Of a stretch of 64,000 nt of DNA, positions 37,101 through 49,100 are shown piece by piece (the first letter of the stretch is position 1; each line of letters begins with the position of its first letter). Location: NCBI RefSeq assembly GCF_001447785.1, contig NW_015172563.1, forward strand, positions 800,150-864,149. Reading direction: 5' to 3'. The DNA is from Gekko japonicus (Eukaryota). The notes beneath the pieces were generated by a model that saw only the letters and a list, made by a program, of their open reading frames with translations, did not search any database and was not told the DNA's origin. The translations under genes were made by a program, and so were the position numbers.

Positions 37101-40100
37101 ACAACTCAGGGTATGTGAAGCCCAGTTATGAGGGGTAAAGCTCATGATAGTCTGAAGTATATCTTTGCACCAAGTTCCCTGAATAGAATCTGATCCTGTG
37201 AAAAAATCTGAAAAAGAACATGTAAAAGTAATAGAGTCTTCGTTTCATATAGCTTAAACATATACAATGAATTAGTAAAATGCCATTTCCACATTCTATT
37301 GACACCATATGCATGATTATTGTTCTGACTGTATTCCACCAGTTTCCATTGTTTGAATTTAAGTCTTGTGTTTCCAAAAGGCTCAAGATTCAGCTGAACT
37401 GAATCCAGAACACTCTACACAAAATCCACAGCACCATTTTATTCCAATCACAATGCCTTTACTGAAAGGCGGGGTTTCGGCGAGCTGATGGCGGCTGTGT
37501 CTCCTGGGATCTCCCAGGGAGGCGGCTCACAAACCAGCAGTTAGAGAGGGGGTGCGAATGTCCGCGCCCCCCAGGGACCCTTGCGAAGGGTCTCTAGTCA
37601 TGGAGCGCTGAGGGTCGCCTCTTTCCCGGCACGCTGTCGGGAAATTGAGGCGTCTCTTTGCTCCAATGGTCTCTCTGCTGTGTTCCGGCAAGGACTAAGC
37701 TACGCACACCCCATCAAGCGAGGGGCGGTCAAGCGGCAAATAAGCATATCTGTCGGCGAGATCTACTTGATCTACATATGAAGAGTGAGTAAAGTTGAAA
37801 CGAAACAACAAAGCGAAAGCCCCCCCCCCCCGGGGAAAAGTGAGGGGAGAGAGGGGACTCTCCTCCGCTAAGAACTGTTTATAAGCGTTACAGAGGTAGA
37901 AGAAAGGGGGGACATGTTTAAAAGCAGCAATGGACTATACGGAGAGATTCCAGGAGGCAGTTAAGCGTTGAAGCAAGTTTTCGGGACTTTGGTAAACTTT
38001 GTAAAAGTAAACATCCTTAAAAATGGTGATGGACAACGTAGTAAGAACAAGCAGTGATATCCAAGCTTTCTCCAGGAAGTGGAAGAGCTGCTGGTTAACC
38101 ACCTGACTGGAAATAATCATAGACTCTTGCAAACTGTGTCTTAAGCCTTTGTTCCCTGTTGGTATAAACGAGGTACTATGCAAGAACTGTGCTACATGTC
38201 AGCTGTTGCTTTTAAAAGGACTGTGTTAATATTGGAGAAGCGTCTAACCAATGATCATAGGGGCTTCCAGGATCGAAGAGGAGAGTCAAATGGGCATTTG
38301 CAATTCAAAGGGCCTGTATGCAGACCATAAGCAAGACTTAAAGCGAAGGAGTATTCTCCATGGTTATATCCTGATTAAGTCTGCTGGGCAATAAGGTGAC
38401 GAGACTCTCTTCAAGTCGGCCAGTGAAAAGCAAATTGGAATGACCCCTATGATTGAAGGCAAGAATTTAAGCGGAACAGTCCTGGAAAAAGGAGAAGGGA
38501 CTTTGTTTTGAGATGGCCAGTTCCTGATACAGCAAGATGGTGCCACAGGGAAGAAGAAAGAGAAAAACAGCAATGGAAGAGAAAATGAGATTGTGTAATA
38601 TCTACTGAGGGAGATTTATTGTTAATTTGCTTTTAATGGTGGAGGGAAAAATAATGGTTAAATGAGATGCCATTGTTCTCTGTAATGTGTGTCTAAGTTA
38701 AATAGCGATTCTCCTGGACTACTCTTCATATAGTCAGATTTGTTAGGATGTTTTTACAAGCTATGATGATGACTGATCACTCTCAATGTTAAAGAAAGCA
38801 AATTTTTTACAAGCTGCATGTGACCTCCAACCCTTGGGTTTTTAGTGGGTTTTCTTTTCTTTCTCCTATAGTGTGTAGATTCCCTCCCTAATTTCACTGT
38901 AGTTTTTAGTAAATGCAAATAAAAAATCCCTTACAGGGGGCCATTAAAAAAACACAATGCCTTTACTGAAAACTGAAATACATGGGGGGGGGGATCTAAC
39001 CTTACATCACAGTAGGAAATCAAGAATATTCATGTTGTAAGCCACTTTGAGTTCCACGTGGGAGAAAGTTGGTTAATAAATGGTTTAGATATAAATACAG
39101 CTCTTTGTATAATGAGTAAAAGACTAGCCTTCACCCCACTTGCTCAGGAGCATCTCTGTTGTTTCTCCACTGTAAGAATAATGGATGTGGATTTCTTTTT
39201 CAAATCTGAATACCACTGTCAAACATTCAGACTCTTCGAGGTTTTATGCTTTTTTACCTTTTTCATTTACTAAAACAAATAAGAACTTTGTTAATAAATT
39301 GGAGAGAATTTTATAATTTCATCTGGGTAACCTTTATTATTGTGAAAACTTTTGTGAACAATCAGTTCTGCTTATGCTGTTTTCCTTTAGTTGGTTATAA
39401 CTGAAAAACAACTTTCTTGATCTAGACAGGATGTATCATTAGGCTGCAAACATGTACCACTTCCTGGATTAGAAGCTGGAAGCACAAATCAGTTATGCAT
39501 AGATATAGGTGCCAAATAAGAATGCAATCACACTGCGCTGCTTTTGGTTTGAGAATGGGATGTGCACTCAAATGGGTATTCAAATATTCATTCTCACACA
39601 ACTAGTAAAATATTAACACTTTATGTTTAGCTACAGTTGAATGGAGGCAAAGTTTTTCTTATCCTGAAACATTAACTTGGCTAATTCATCTTGTTAAGTA
39701 TAACGTGCCGTATTAATGAACTACATTAATCATTTTAATAATGTAGAGAAAACATCAATGACTAAAAAAAAATTGAAATGATTTTTATTGCTTTTATCTC
39801 TACATCCTACATTCTACACACTACAACCTAAAATACAGAGTAGGCAAGGATCATTGATGGTCTAATTTCGATTTTTTGATATTTCCCTAGTACTTAAGAT
39901 TACAGTATAATAGCTTTGTAGAGAGAAAGCATACAAAAAAAGTAAAATTAAATAGAATAACATAAATGTGTATTATTACGCATAAAGTACAAAGGAGATT
40001 CTCAGATCTTCATTTCGTTGCTTTCTTTCCTTTACGTTTCTTCTTCTTCTCCCAGGGGAGTTTAACTTTATATGATCTAGGGGCGGCTGCCCCCAGTTCA

Positions 40101-43100
40101 GATTCAGAGTCAAAAATCTCGCCAATAGATGAAGATGAGCTTATCTCATCTTGTTTGCCTTTATCTTCTATGGCGTTGTTGTCCTCTGCTTTTCCTTTTT
40201 CCTTCGCTGGGCTTTGATGGTGCTTCAGAAATAGCTCAGCCTTAGTAAGAGAGTCAATCTTTTCTTTTATCCCTTTAAAGTTGAAAATAAGTCCTTCTGG
40301 AATAATCCATCGATAAAGAATTGAATTTCCCTGTAAAAATGATGTGACATTTCTATATTGCTTCCTCTTCTTCTGTATCTCAAATGGAACATCTTTTAAA
40401 ATTTTTATTTCTTCTCCTTGGATTTTTAGGGCTATCCCATTAGTCACTTTAAGTATCAAGTCTCTTGTTGATCTTTTAGAAAATTTTACAAACATTTTCC
40501 CTGGCAGATTATTTTTCTTGACAAATTCTGGATACGTTCGATAAACCATGTCCATATCTGCTTGTAATAATTCACTTTTACAGTTTGCCAGGGGAGCCAA
40601 TGCTTCACTTAAGATCTCTTTTAGATTTTCATCTTTCTTTTCTGGGATGCCTTGAAATCTTAAAACATAATGATCTTTCCACTTGTAGCTGTAATAGTTA
40701 TTTTTCGGAAGCCCTTTCTTTATCCGCTGATTCCATTCTTTGGTCCAATGCTTTTGTCTTATGGTCAACCTTTTTCAGCTTTTTGGCTGTCTTCTCTGTT
40801 TTTATCTTAGTTTCTTTAAGTTCTTTCTGTAGAGCATCAAAGTTCTTGTTGAGGTTAGTCATCTGGTCCAGCAGAGGGCACAGTGCTTCAGAAATCGTAT
40901 CGGCTATGTCTGTAGCTGGTTCCGGTCTGGTGACTGGTGATGTTAAGCTGGTAGTTCCTGTAGACGATTTCCCTCTGGGTGACATTTCCCCCCTCGATGA
41001 GACATTGTTTATGTTAAAGGTAAAAGTTCATAGAAGTTCTGAGATTCTTCTCTGCAATATAAGATATAGCCCTCTGCACTCGGCGTGGGTTAGGTGACAT
41101 TCTTGCTTCAAAATTTCGGCTTACCTTTTACATTTTGTTACTTTTCTTGCTGTTATGTCTAGGATAGGGTTGTTCCTCCCCCTCTGGGAGGGTTCCCCCC
41201 CCTTCTCTAGATTTAGGGTTTCGCCATCTCTTTGCCGGTTCCCACTTTAGCGCTTATTATTTTACAGTTTCATCACTCACATTTCTTGTTGATAGTTGTC
41301 AGTAGTATAGAGAAGGTCTCTGTTGCTTAGATCCTTTGCTCGCTCTGGTTCCAGAAAGCGCCTCTGAGCGCCATTGCTGGCCTCGGGACGGCGGAACCTA
41401 ATGGGGCAAAAAGGAGCCTCAATCCCTTAGCCGCGGCTCTGGGAGTGGCTCCTTTCGTGCCCCAGGCTAGAAGCCCCCTACAAGTGCTCCAGGGGAGGCT
41501 GAAAACGTCTGGTCTCCCACCCTGCCACCCTGATACGGATTGCACCCATCGGAGCTCGATGAGGTGTGTCCGTGCACAGGTCACCAAAACCGGAAGTCCT
41601 CAATAACTCTCAAAATTTTGAAAGATCTCAGTACTGCATTAATCTTTTGCTCTTTTTATACCTTCAAGAATTTTTCTGTTAGTGTTTATAACATTGTGAA
41701 AGAGTGTTACCTGTAACATGAGTCGCTCTTGCCAAAGTCAAAATAAGTGCCCTGTTGAGTTCCTCCGATTCTGCTGAAAGTACTGTTTTTGGTTCATTAA
41801 GGAAGCGAGTAAATTGTGGCTGGACCTCAGAGCTACCCAAGGCTGTGATCAGCCTCAGAGCTGTACTTTCAACACTGTAAAGAGAAGGTATGAGCACAAA
41901 ATGTATTTATTTTGACAAATGCAGGTAAAAAAGAGTAGCATTTTGGAGTCATTGTTTCAAATAAGATTTCAGTGTTGTGGCTTATATGAATTCACTCTGA
42001 GATGACCAGGACACATTTCTCTCTGTTTATATTATTATTTTCCCCCAATTGAAAAAAGAATATGTAAGGCACAACCAAGTCAGTGCTAAGAGAATTGGTA
42101 GAGGTCATTTCACACTCAGCCCAAACCACAGAGTACAGTCAACTGGTTGCTCAACTGATCCCTACTTACTGATAAGTATATTTCTATCATATGCTGACAA
42201 ACATCAATTGGTCTCATTTACAATTTCTATATTTTAAGGGTTTGCATTCCAGGTATTTTAAGTGCATACAAAAAAATTAGCTCAGTGATTTGCCTGTAGA
42301 AGAGCACTAAGAATCAGGCTTCACTGTAAATGACATTCTACTTTCCACTTTGCATGTCTGCTTACTATTTGTAAGTGGTATATGAAGTTGAGTGATGTTT
42401 TAGTAACAGACTGAAGAAAAGTACTTTCTTTACCTGCCCTTAAACAGTCCTGGCTCCATCCAAATGAGTATATTACAGCTCGTTACTATGGGAATTAGTC
42501 TTGCTAACAGAGCATTCAAGCCTTTTTTCTAGTCTTGTCTGCTTTTGATAATCTGAGCTTTTATCACTGCAATCGTAAACAGAGATACACACTTCTTAGT
42601 CCATTGAAGTCAGTGGGCTTAGAAGGGTGTAACTCTGTTTAAGACTGCATTGTATAACAATTCAAAATGTTATTTCCCCACCCTCTTCTATAGTCTGCAA
42701 AAAATGCTTTCACACATTGGGAGACTACATTGTCTAGAGGGTATGGGTCTGAATGCAGGAAATCCAGGTTGAAATTGCAGTCATAAATCTTAGTCGGTAG
42801 GATTTCTCACATTCTAAGTGGCTCTATGCTTTCACATGCAAGAGGTTTTCAGAAGCCCCCAGCACAGGATCTGTAGTGTTTGAACTGTTTTATTCTTGTT
42901 CCTCTCCCACCAGTCTCCTGATGTGTGCTGTGCCTCCAAAACAGAAATGGCAGTTTGTGGAGACAATACTTACCACAGATGAAGCTGATTCTGGTTGGTC
43001 TGTGGCACTGCAGCTAGAGAATGAAGATTACTCAGCAGCTGGACCCTGTAATGAGGCTGGATGTGGTGCATGCGATAGCTGAACATCTCCAATAGAGTGT

Positions 43101-46100
43101 GCAAGATTCCCCAAGCATGAGACTTAAAGACAGTGGGCAGAAGCTGACCTAAGAAGAATACACTAATGTCAACTGTGTTCTAAAGGCAGCATTTGAGCAA
43201 AAGTTATCATTTTTACAAGCACGAACATACAGAGCCTGGCAAAATCTGCTTAGCATTATAATATTCATAATCTACAACTGTAGTAAAATCTCAGCATAAG
43301 AAAGTTGCAATCCATCCAATAAGTAGCTTATTATCATGCAATTAAACTGAATTCATTAATACCATCAAGTTTCCTGCACAGGATCAGAAAACAGGAGATC
43401 CAGTTTAAAGATAAATCCGTTCCAACACAAAGCCACAAACATGCTGTCCCCAATGTCTGTAGCTGTTAGCAGAATAAACCCTGGAAACAAGTTGCTTGTT
43501 CAAGTCTTAGCCCACAAATTCAGTCAGGTGGCTAGGGAAGTCACTAGCTCTCAGCCTGCCCTATCTGATGAAGACGGGGGGCAGATAAATTCAGTTGGCG
43601 GATCCATGAGAAGGAGAAGAAAGCAGGAAAAAGGGAGAGGCTATGGGGACATTCTGGGAAGGGAAGGAGGAAATACTGGAGAAGGGGGAAAAGAGATGCA
43701 CCTTGCATGTCCTTGTGGGTTCTCTGCTTTCAATTTTATATTAGGCATTTTCCAAAGTGTATACCAGAGAAAAAAATTTTATTTGCATGTGCAAATTAGC
43801 ACTCTACTAAGACTGGTTCATTTATAGCTTCCAGTTGACAGCAGAAATCAAATAATCAAATGCTCTTACTGATAAAACCTTTGATGCCCAAAGATTCTAT
43901 TTCCATATAAACTAGCAGACGACTGTATGTTTCCACAAGAGCTGGAGCCAAGGCCAAACTGGATTTTGCATGAGCCAGTTTGATCACTCTGGTAGCTATG
44001 CTGTGAATAAGGCTGGAAGAAAAAAATATTTTATTTTCAAAAACATATCTCTGAAGCTACCAAGAAGTTAGTATTATTATGGATAGGTTTGTAGCAAAAC
44101 AAAATAAACCTAGCTTGTCCGTAGCTAACACTACCGTACCTCATCTTGGCATGAACTGTAAGCGAATCCAAGAGATTCATTGGCAAGGGTGTGATGGACC
44201 CTGAAGCCATGCAGTTGGTTCCTGGGAGAGGGATCCTCATGTTGCCATTCCCATAAATTGTTTCTACTAGAACACCCATGGGTAGCGTGAAGCATTCCGA
44301 ATTGGTGGAATAAGCATTGCACAGCAAAGCAATCTTGTAGTCATTCATCTGCAAGCTTTTATTCCTTAGGCTCTGTTGCAAGAATCTGCACACCCAAAGA
44401 AAGAAAGGGGAAAAAATGATTATAACATAAAATGTTTGTGTTAAGAGTTCCAGCTGGGTGATCAAATCATACATGAGAATTAAGGCAAACTCCACTTTAT
44501 TTTGAAGAAGCCTACTGGTATACAGCTATTAAGAGTGAATTATGCAATCCTGGCTTATATTCAAATGGCATATAAAAACCTTTATTCTGCTACATCTCTG
44601 CTTAGATTCACCACTTTTATGGTGACACACATTCAAGTTGTTACATTTTTCACTGTGCTGCTTCCCCCCCCCCCCCCCCCCATTGCAGTGATTTCTTAGC
44701 TTCCAGTCTTGACGAGCGTTGCTGTAAAAATATTAGCAAGGTAAGAATCACCAGAAGGCTGCCATTCATCCAGTAAATGCATTATCAGCCAAAGCTTACT
44801 CTGTATGCTGCCTGCTTGGCTGCTATTGGTCAGCTGCAATAAACGGAAGGGACCTGAGTAACGGAGCCCAGGGCAAGGCAAACTGCTGTAAAATGAGCCA
44901 ACTGCCAGGCTGTTTTGCTTCATTTCCTAAACTGTATTCTGAAATAAAACAGATCTTTTACAGCTTGCACCCCCGCTTTCTCTTTTGCCACATTCCAGAA
45001 ACTTGTTCTTGCTCAGAAAGAGGGGGTGGCGGAGAGCTTGGAAAAAAGCACACAATCATACCAAGGTCATTTACTCATTCAGTCTTCCCTGGATATAAAG
45101 TGAGAGTGCTCTTTACGGGGAGAAAGGTATGACCGATTATAGGTGAGTCATGAACTGCTTTTGACTGTAACAATGTAGAGCAATTTCTACTACATATGCT
45201 GGAAAAGAGAATAATAGCACACCATTAAGTAACTTTGTTTGTCCTTTTGCCCCTTAGAATTACCCTGGAGTTGCAGTCCTGCTTGTTGAGCTATCAGTAC
45301 ATGGGTTGGGAGATGTGGAGATAAGGGAGTAAGGGCAGTGTCCTGAGAAAGCACCGTCAACAGCTGAATGCTATTACTATTTCTGCCTGCAAGACGAGGG
45401 ACTGTAACGGAACAAACTGGGATCACTGCATTATGGTCCCAATGTAAACCATTGTTAGTTGTTCAGGTACAAGGAATCCCAGTTTCATACCTATCACACA
45501 AACGAGTTTGTTTGGCAGCTGACATTCTGATGCGGTTTAATCCAAACATGGTTTCACCATACCTTCTGAATGCACCCTTCTTGTATTTTAAGCCACCTTC
45601 CACAGTGGGATTTCTTTTATTATAAAGCACTGAGCGTGGTCTTATGGAAAAACAGCATAGAACTGCCGTAAATTAAATGAAGCTATTCATATTCTGTTAC
45701 CTTTAATACTCTGCCTCCCTCCAGTCCTCCACACCCACCACTATTTGTTACTTTCTCCCCACTCCTCAGTTTGCAATTAAAATGGAAAAGTGTATACTCC
45801 CTTGGGACAGGGACCCAGCTTCAGTGCTTTATGTCTGTGAGAGAGCTGTCTCTGTTTAAGTAGGACCAGGAAAAAGACTTCTGTGCTAGGACAGCAGCTG
45901 GCAGGAAGGAGCAGGCTTTGAAAGTTGCCAGTGGATCAGGGCACCATGGATACTGTCTGCTGAACAGCTACAATATTTTCTCATCCTACTTTTACAGACG
46001 GAGTGCACAGTACACTAAATTCCTGTGCGCCTTCTACTATACGTTCCGGGGATTTCACCCAGGAATAAGAAACAGCACTTACTCATGGTGAAGCTTGAGA

Positions 46101-49100
46101 GAATGAGGGATAGGAATCTGAAGTTTGGAATTGTCACTGTGAGCCTTTCTGTTCAGATGTATCCAGATACAGGTCATTGCAAAAGCATGCGTAGACTGGG
46201 GTTTGTTAATATCAGGCACAGGAATACACTGAGGAAAGAAGAAAAATGAATTCATTCTATTCAACTAGCATGATGCTAAGAATTCCCACGTAGGTATTTG
46301 GAATTGGTAAATCTTAATTTAGCAATGAACCGAGTTTGGAGACTGTACATCTGTGCAGGCAACTGTCCTTGGAAATTAGTAGGCATGTACTTACAGGCCT
46401 CTGCCTCACAGATCTTTCCAGTGACTAATTTTCAACCACTCTGCACAAGAATCAAGTGTCATAAGAACATAAGAACATAAGAGATGCCAATGTTGGATCA
46501 GGCCAAAGGCCCATCCAGTCCAACACTCTGTATCACACAGTGGCCAGAAATACCAGTGCCATCAGAAGGTCCACCAGTGGGGCCAGGACATTAGAAGCCC
46601 TCCCACTGTTGACCCCCCCAAGCACCAAGATGACAGAGCATCACTTGCCCCAGAGTCCCTATCTATACCTTGTGGCTAATAGCCACTGATGGACCTCTGC
46701 TCCATATGCTTATCTAATTCCCTTTTGAAGCCGTCCATGCTTGTAGCACCCACCACTTCCTGTGGCAGTGAATTCCATGTGTTAATCACTCTTTGGGTGA
46801 AGAAGTACTTCCTTTTATCCGTTCTAACCCGACCGCTCAGCAATTTCATGGAGTGCCCACGGGTTCTTGTATTGTGAGAAAGGGAGAAAAGTACCTCTTT
46901 CTTTACCTGCTCTTTCCCATGCATAATCTTATAAACCTCAATCATGTCACCCCTCAGTCGTCGTTTCTCCAAGCTAAAGAGCCCTAAGCGCCTTAACCTT
47001 TCCTCATAGGGAAAGTGTTCCAACCCTTTTATCATTTGAGTTGCCCTTTTCTGCACTTTTTCCAAAGCTATAATATCCTTTTTAAGGTGTGGTGACCAGA
47101 ATTGCACACAGTATTCCAAATGAGGTCTCACCATTGATTTATATAGGGGCATTATTATATTGGCTGATCTGTTTTCAATACCCTTCCTAATAATCCCCAG
47201 CATAGCATTTGCCTTCTTTATTGCAGTCACACACTGTCTCGACATTTTCAGTGAGTTATCTACTACAACTCCAAGATCTCTCTCTTGATCAGTCTCTGCC
47301 AGTTCAGACCCCATCAACGTGTATTTATATTTAGGATTTTTGGCTCCAATGTGCATCACCTTGCACTTGGCCACATTGAACCCCATTTCCCATGTTGACC
47401 CCCACTCGCCCATCTTTGACAGATCCCTTTGGAGTGCCTCACAATCTTCACTGGTTTTCACCACCCTGAACAACTTCGTATCATCTGCAAATTTAGCCAC
47501 TTCACTGCTTACTCCCAACTCCAAATCATTAATGAACAAGTTAAAAAGTGTCAGAGGCAAATCTGCATAAAAAGCAAACCGGGATCGGCATACCTTGTGT
47601 GTTAATGATACTTGCAGTGGTTTGCAGGGTAAAATTACTTACTGAAATATTAAATCCTGACCATATTTCAATACAACAGCACTATGGCAGAACCCAAGTT
47701 CACATGATTATTCTGAAAAATCCCAGCAACACAAAATGTAGGATTCAGATCAGAACAGTGTTTATTCAGCAAGTGATACAACCTTACATAGTCATGAGCA
47801 AGTTGCATTCAAGAGGGAAAAAGAGAGAGTAAAAAGCTCTTTTCATCCTCAGTCAGGATGGCACCCTAAACCACACCGCCTTCTGTCTGGAACTGCTACC
47901 CAATCCATTTCTATTAAGCCACAGCCTTCTCATTTTTCAAATGTCTCCCCAAACACTTCTTCTTTAGCAAAACCTGTTCTGCACTATCACAACTTTTCCT
48001 ACCCTGTAAACTGATCTGGCTTTATCCAAAGAAGGAAGGTGTGAAAATAAGCAGACCAAGCTCCACCAACAGAATGTTATTAAGAACAACGTGTTCATCA
48101 GTAAACAAAACCCCAAGAGGATCAGCTGCACTATTTATGACCTGAAACACAACAAACCTTTCTGAACATTGTTCTTGCATCGAGTCAACAGCAAATGCTC
48201 CACTCTTAGCTACACGAGTATCTAGCCTTTTGTCATAACAGCTTTGTTGTCTTTATTCCTTCTTCATACATGTTGAAAATTCTACAATTCATTTTTGTTC
48301 TTTACAAACTAACTTGTGCTCTTTACAAACTAACTGAAGTTTAGAAGGGTCAGGTCTGAATTCCTGTTTTGGTGTTTGTTTACCTGTAGAGAGAAGGCAT
48401 TATGCTAGATTTCTCTACACACACAAACTACTGACCAAGATGGCAGTCATCTGGCATGTCTAGCAATATCCTTTCTACAGTTTAACTGCTCTACCTAGAA
48501 CCAGAGTTCTGCACCTTTTCCTAATTTATTTTAAGGCTTTCTTTTTTACAAGAGGGGGACATCTTATAATTCCTCTTTCCCTTTTCTGAAAACCCCCACA
48601 GCCTTGCCCCTTTTCCTGCTTCCTTCTCTTCTTCCCACACACCAGCCAATCTACCTTTATTTGTCCCCATTTTCAACTTTCTTTTCGTCTCTCCCGGCAG
48701 CCTCTCCCTGGGAAAATGCTGGATGGTTCCAGCTGCTGGGCCATCTGGACTGCAGCCAGTTGCATGGTGCTGGCCCCTAGGCCAGGCCTTATTGAGAATT
48801 AGATTAAATACTGAAGAAACNNNNNNNNNNNNNNNNNNNNNNNNNNNNNNNNNNNNNTCTAACACGATTTTGATTCACTGCATCTTTCTTTGTTACTGTT
48901 CTATGCATTCTGATGAACTATCATTTGGGACGCATTTACAAATACTGGCTCTGACCTTTAGATACAGCTATGAATGTAATTGTTTCTCCTGCCTTAAAGA
49001 TACTCTTGACACATGTCCTGTCACCTACCTGTAGCTATCTAAATTTAATAGTGTTCCTTTTTATGTTGCCAAGACTGCTTTGCTTCTGGTTTTTCTTGGC

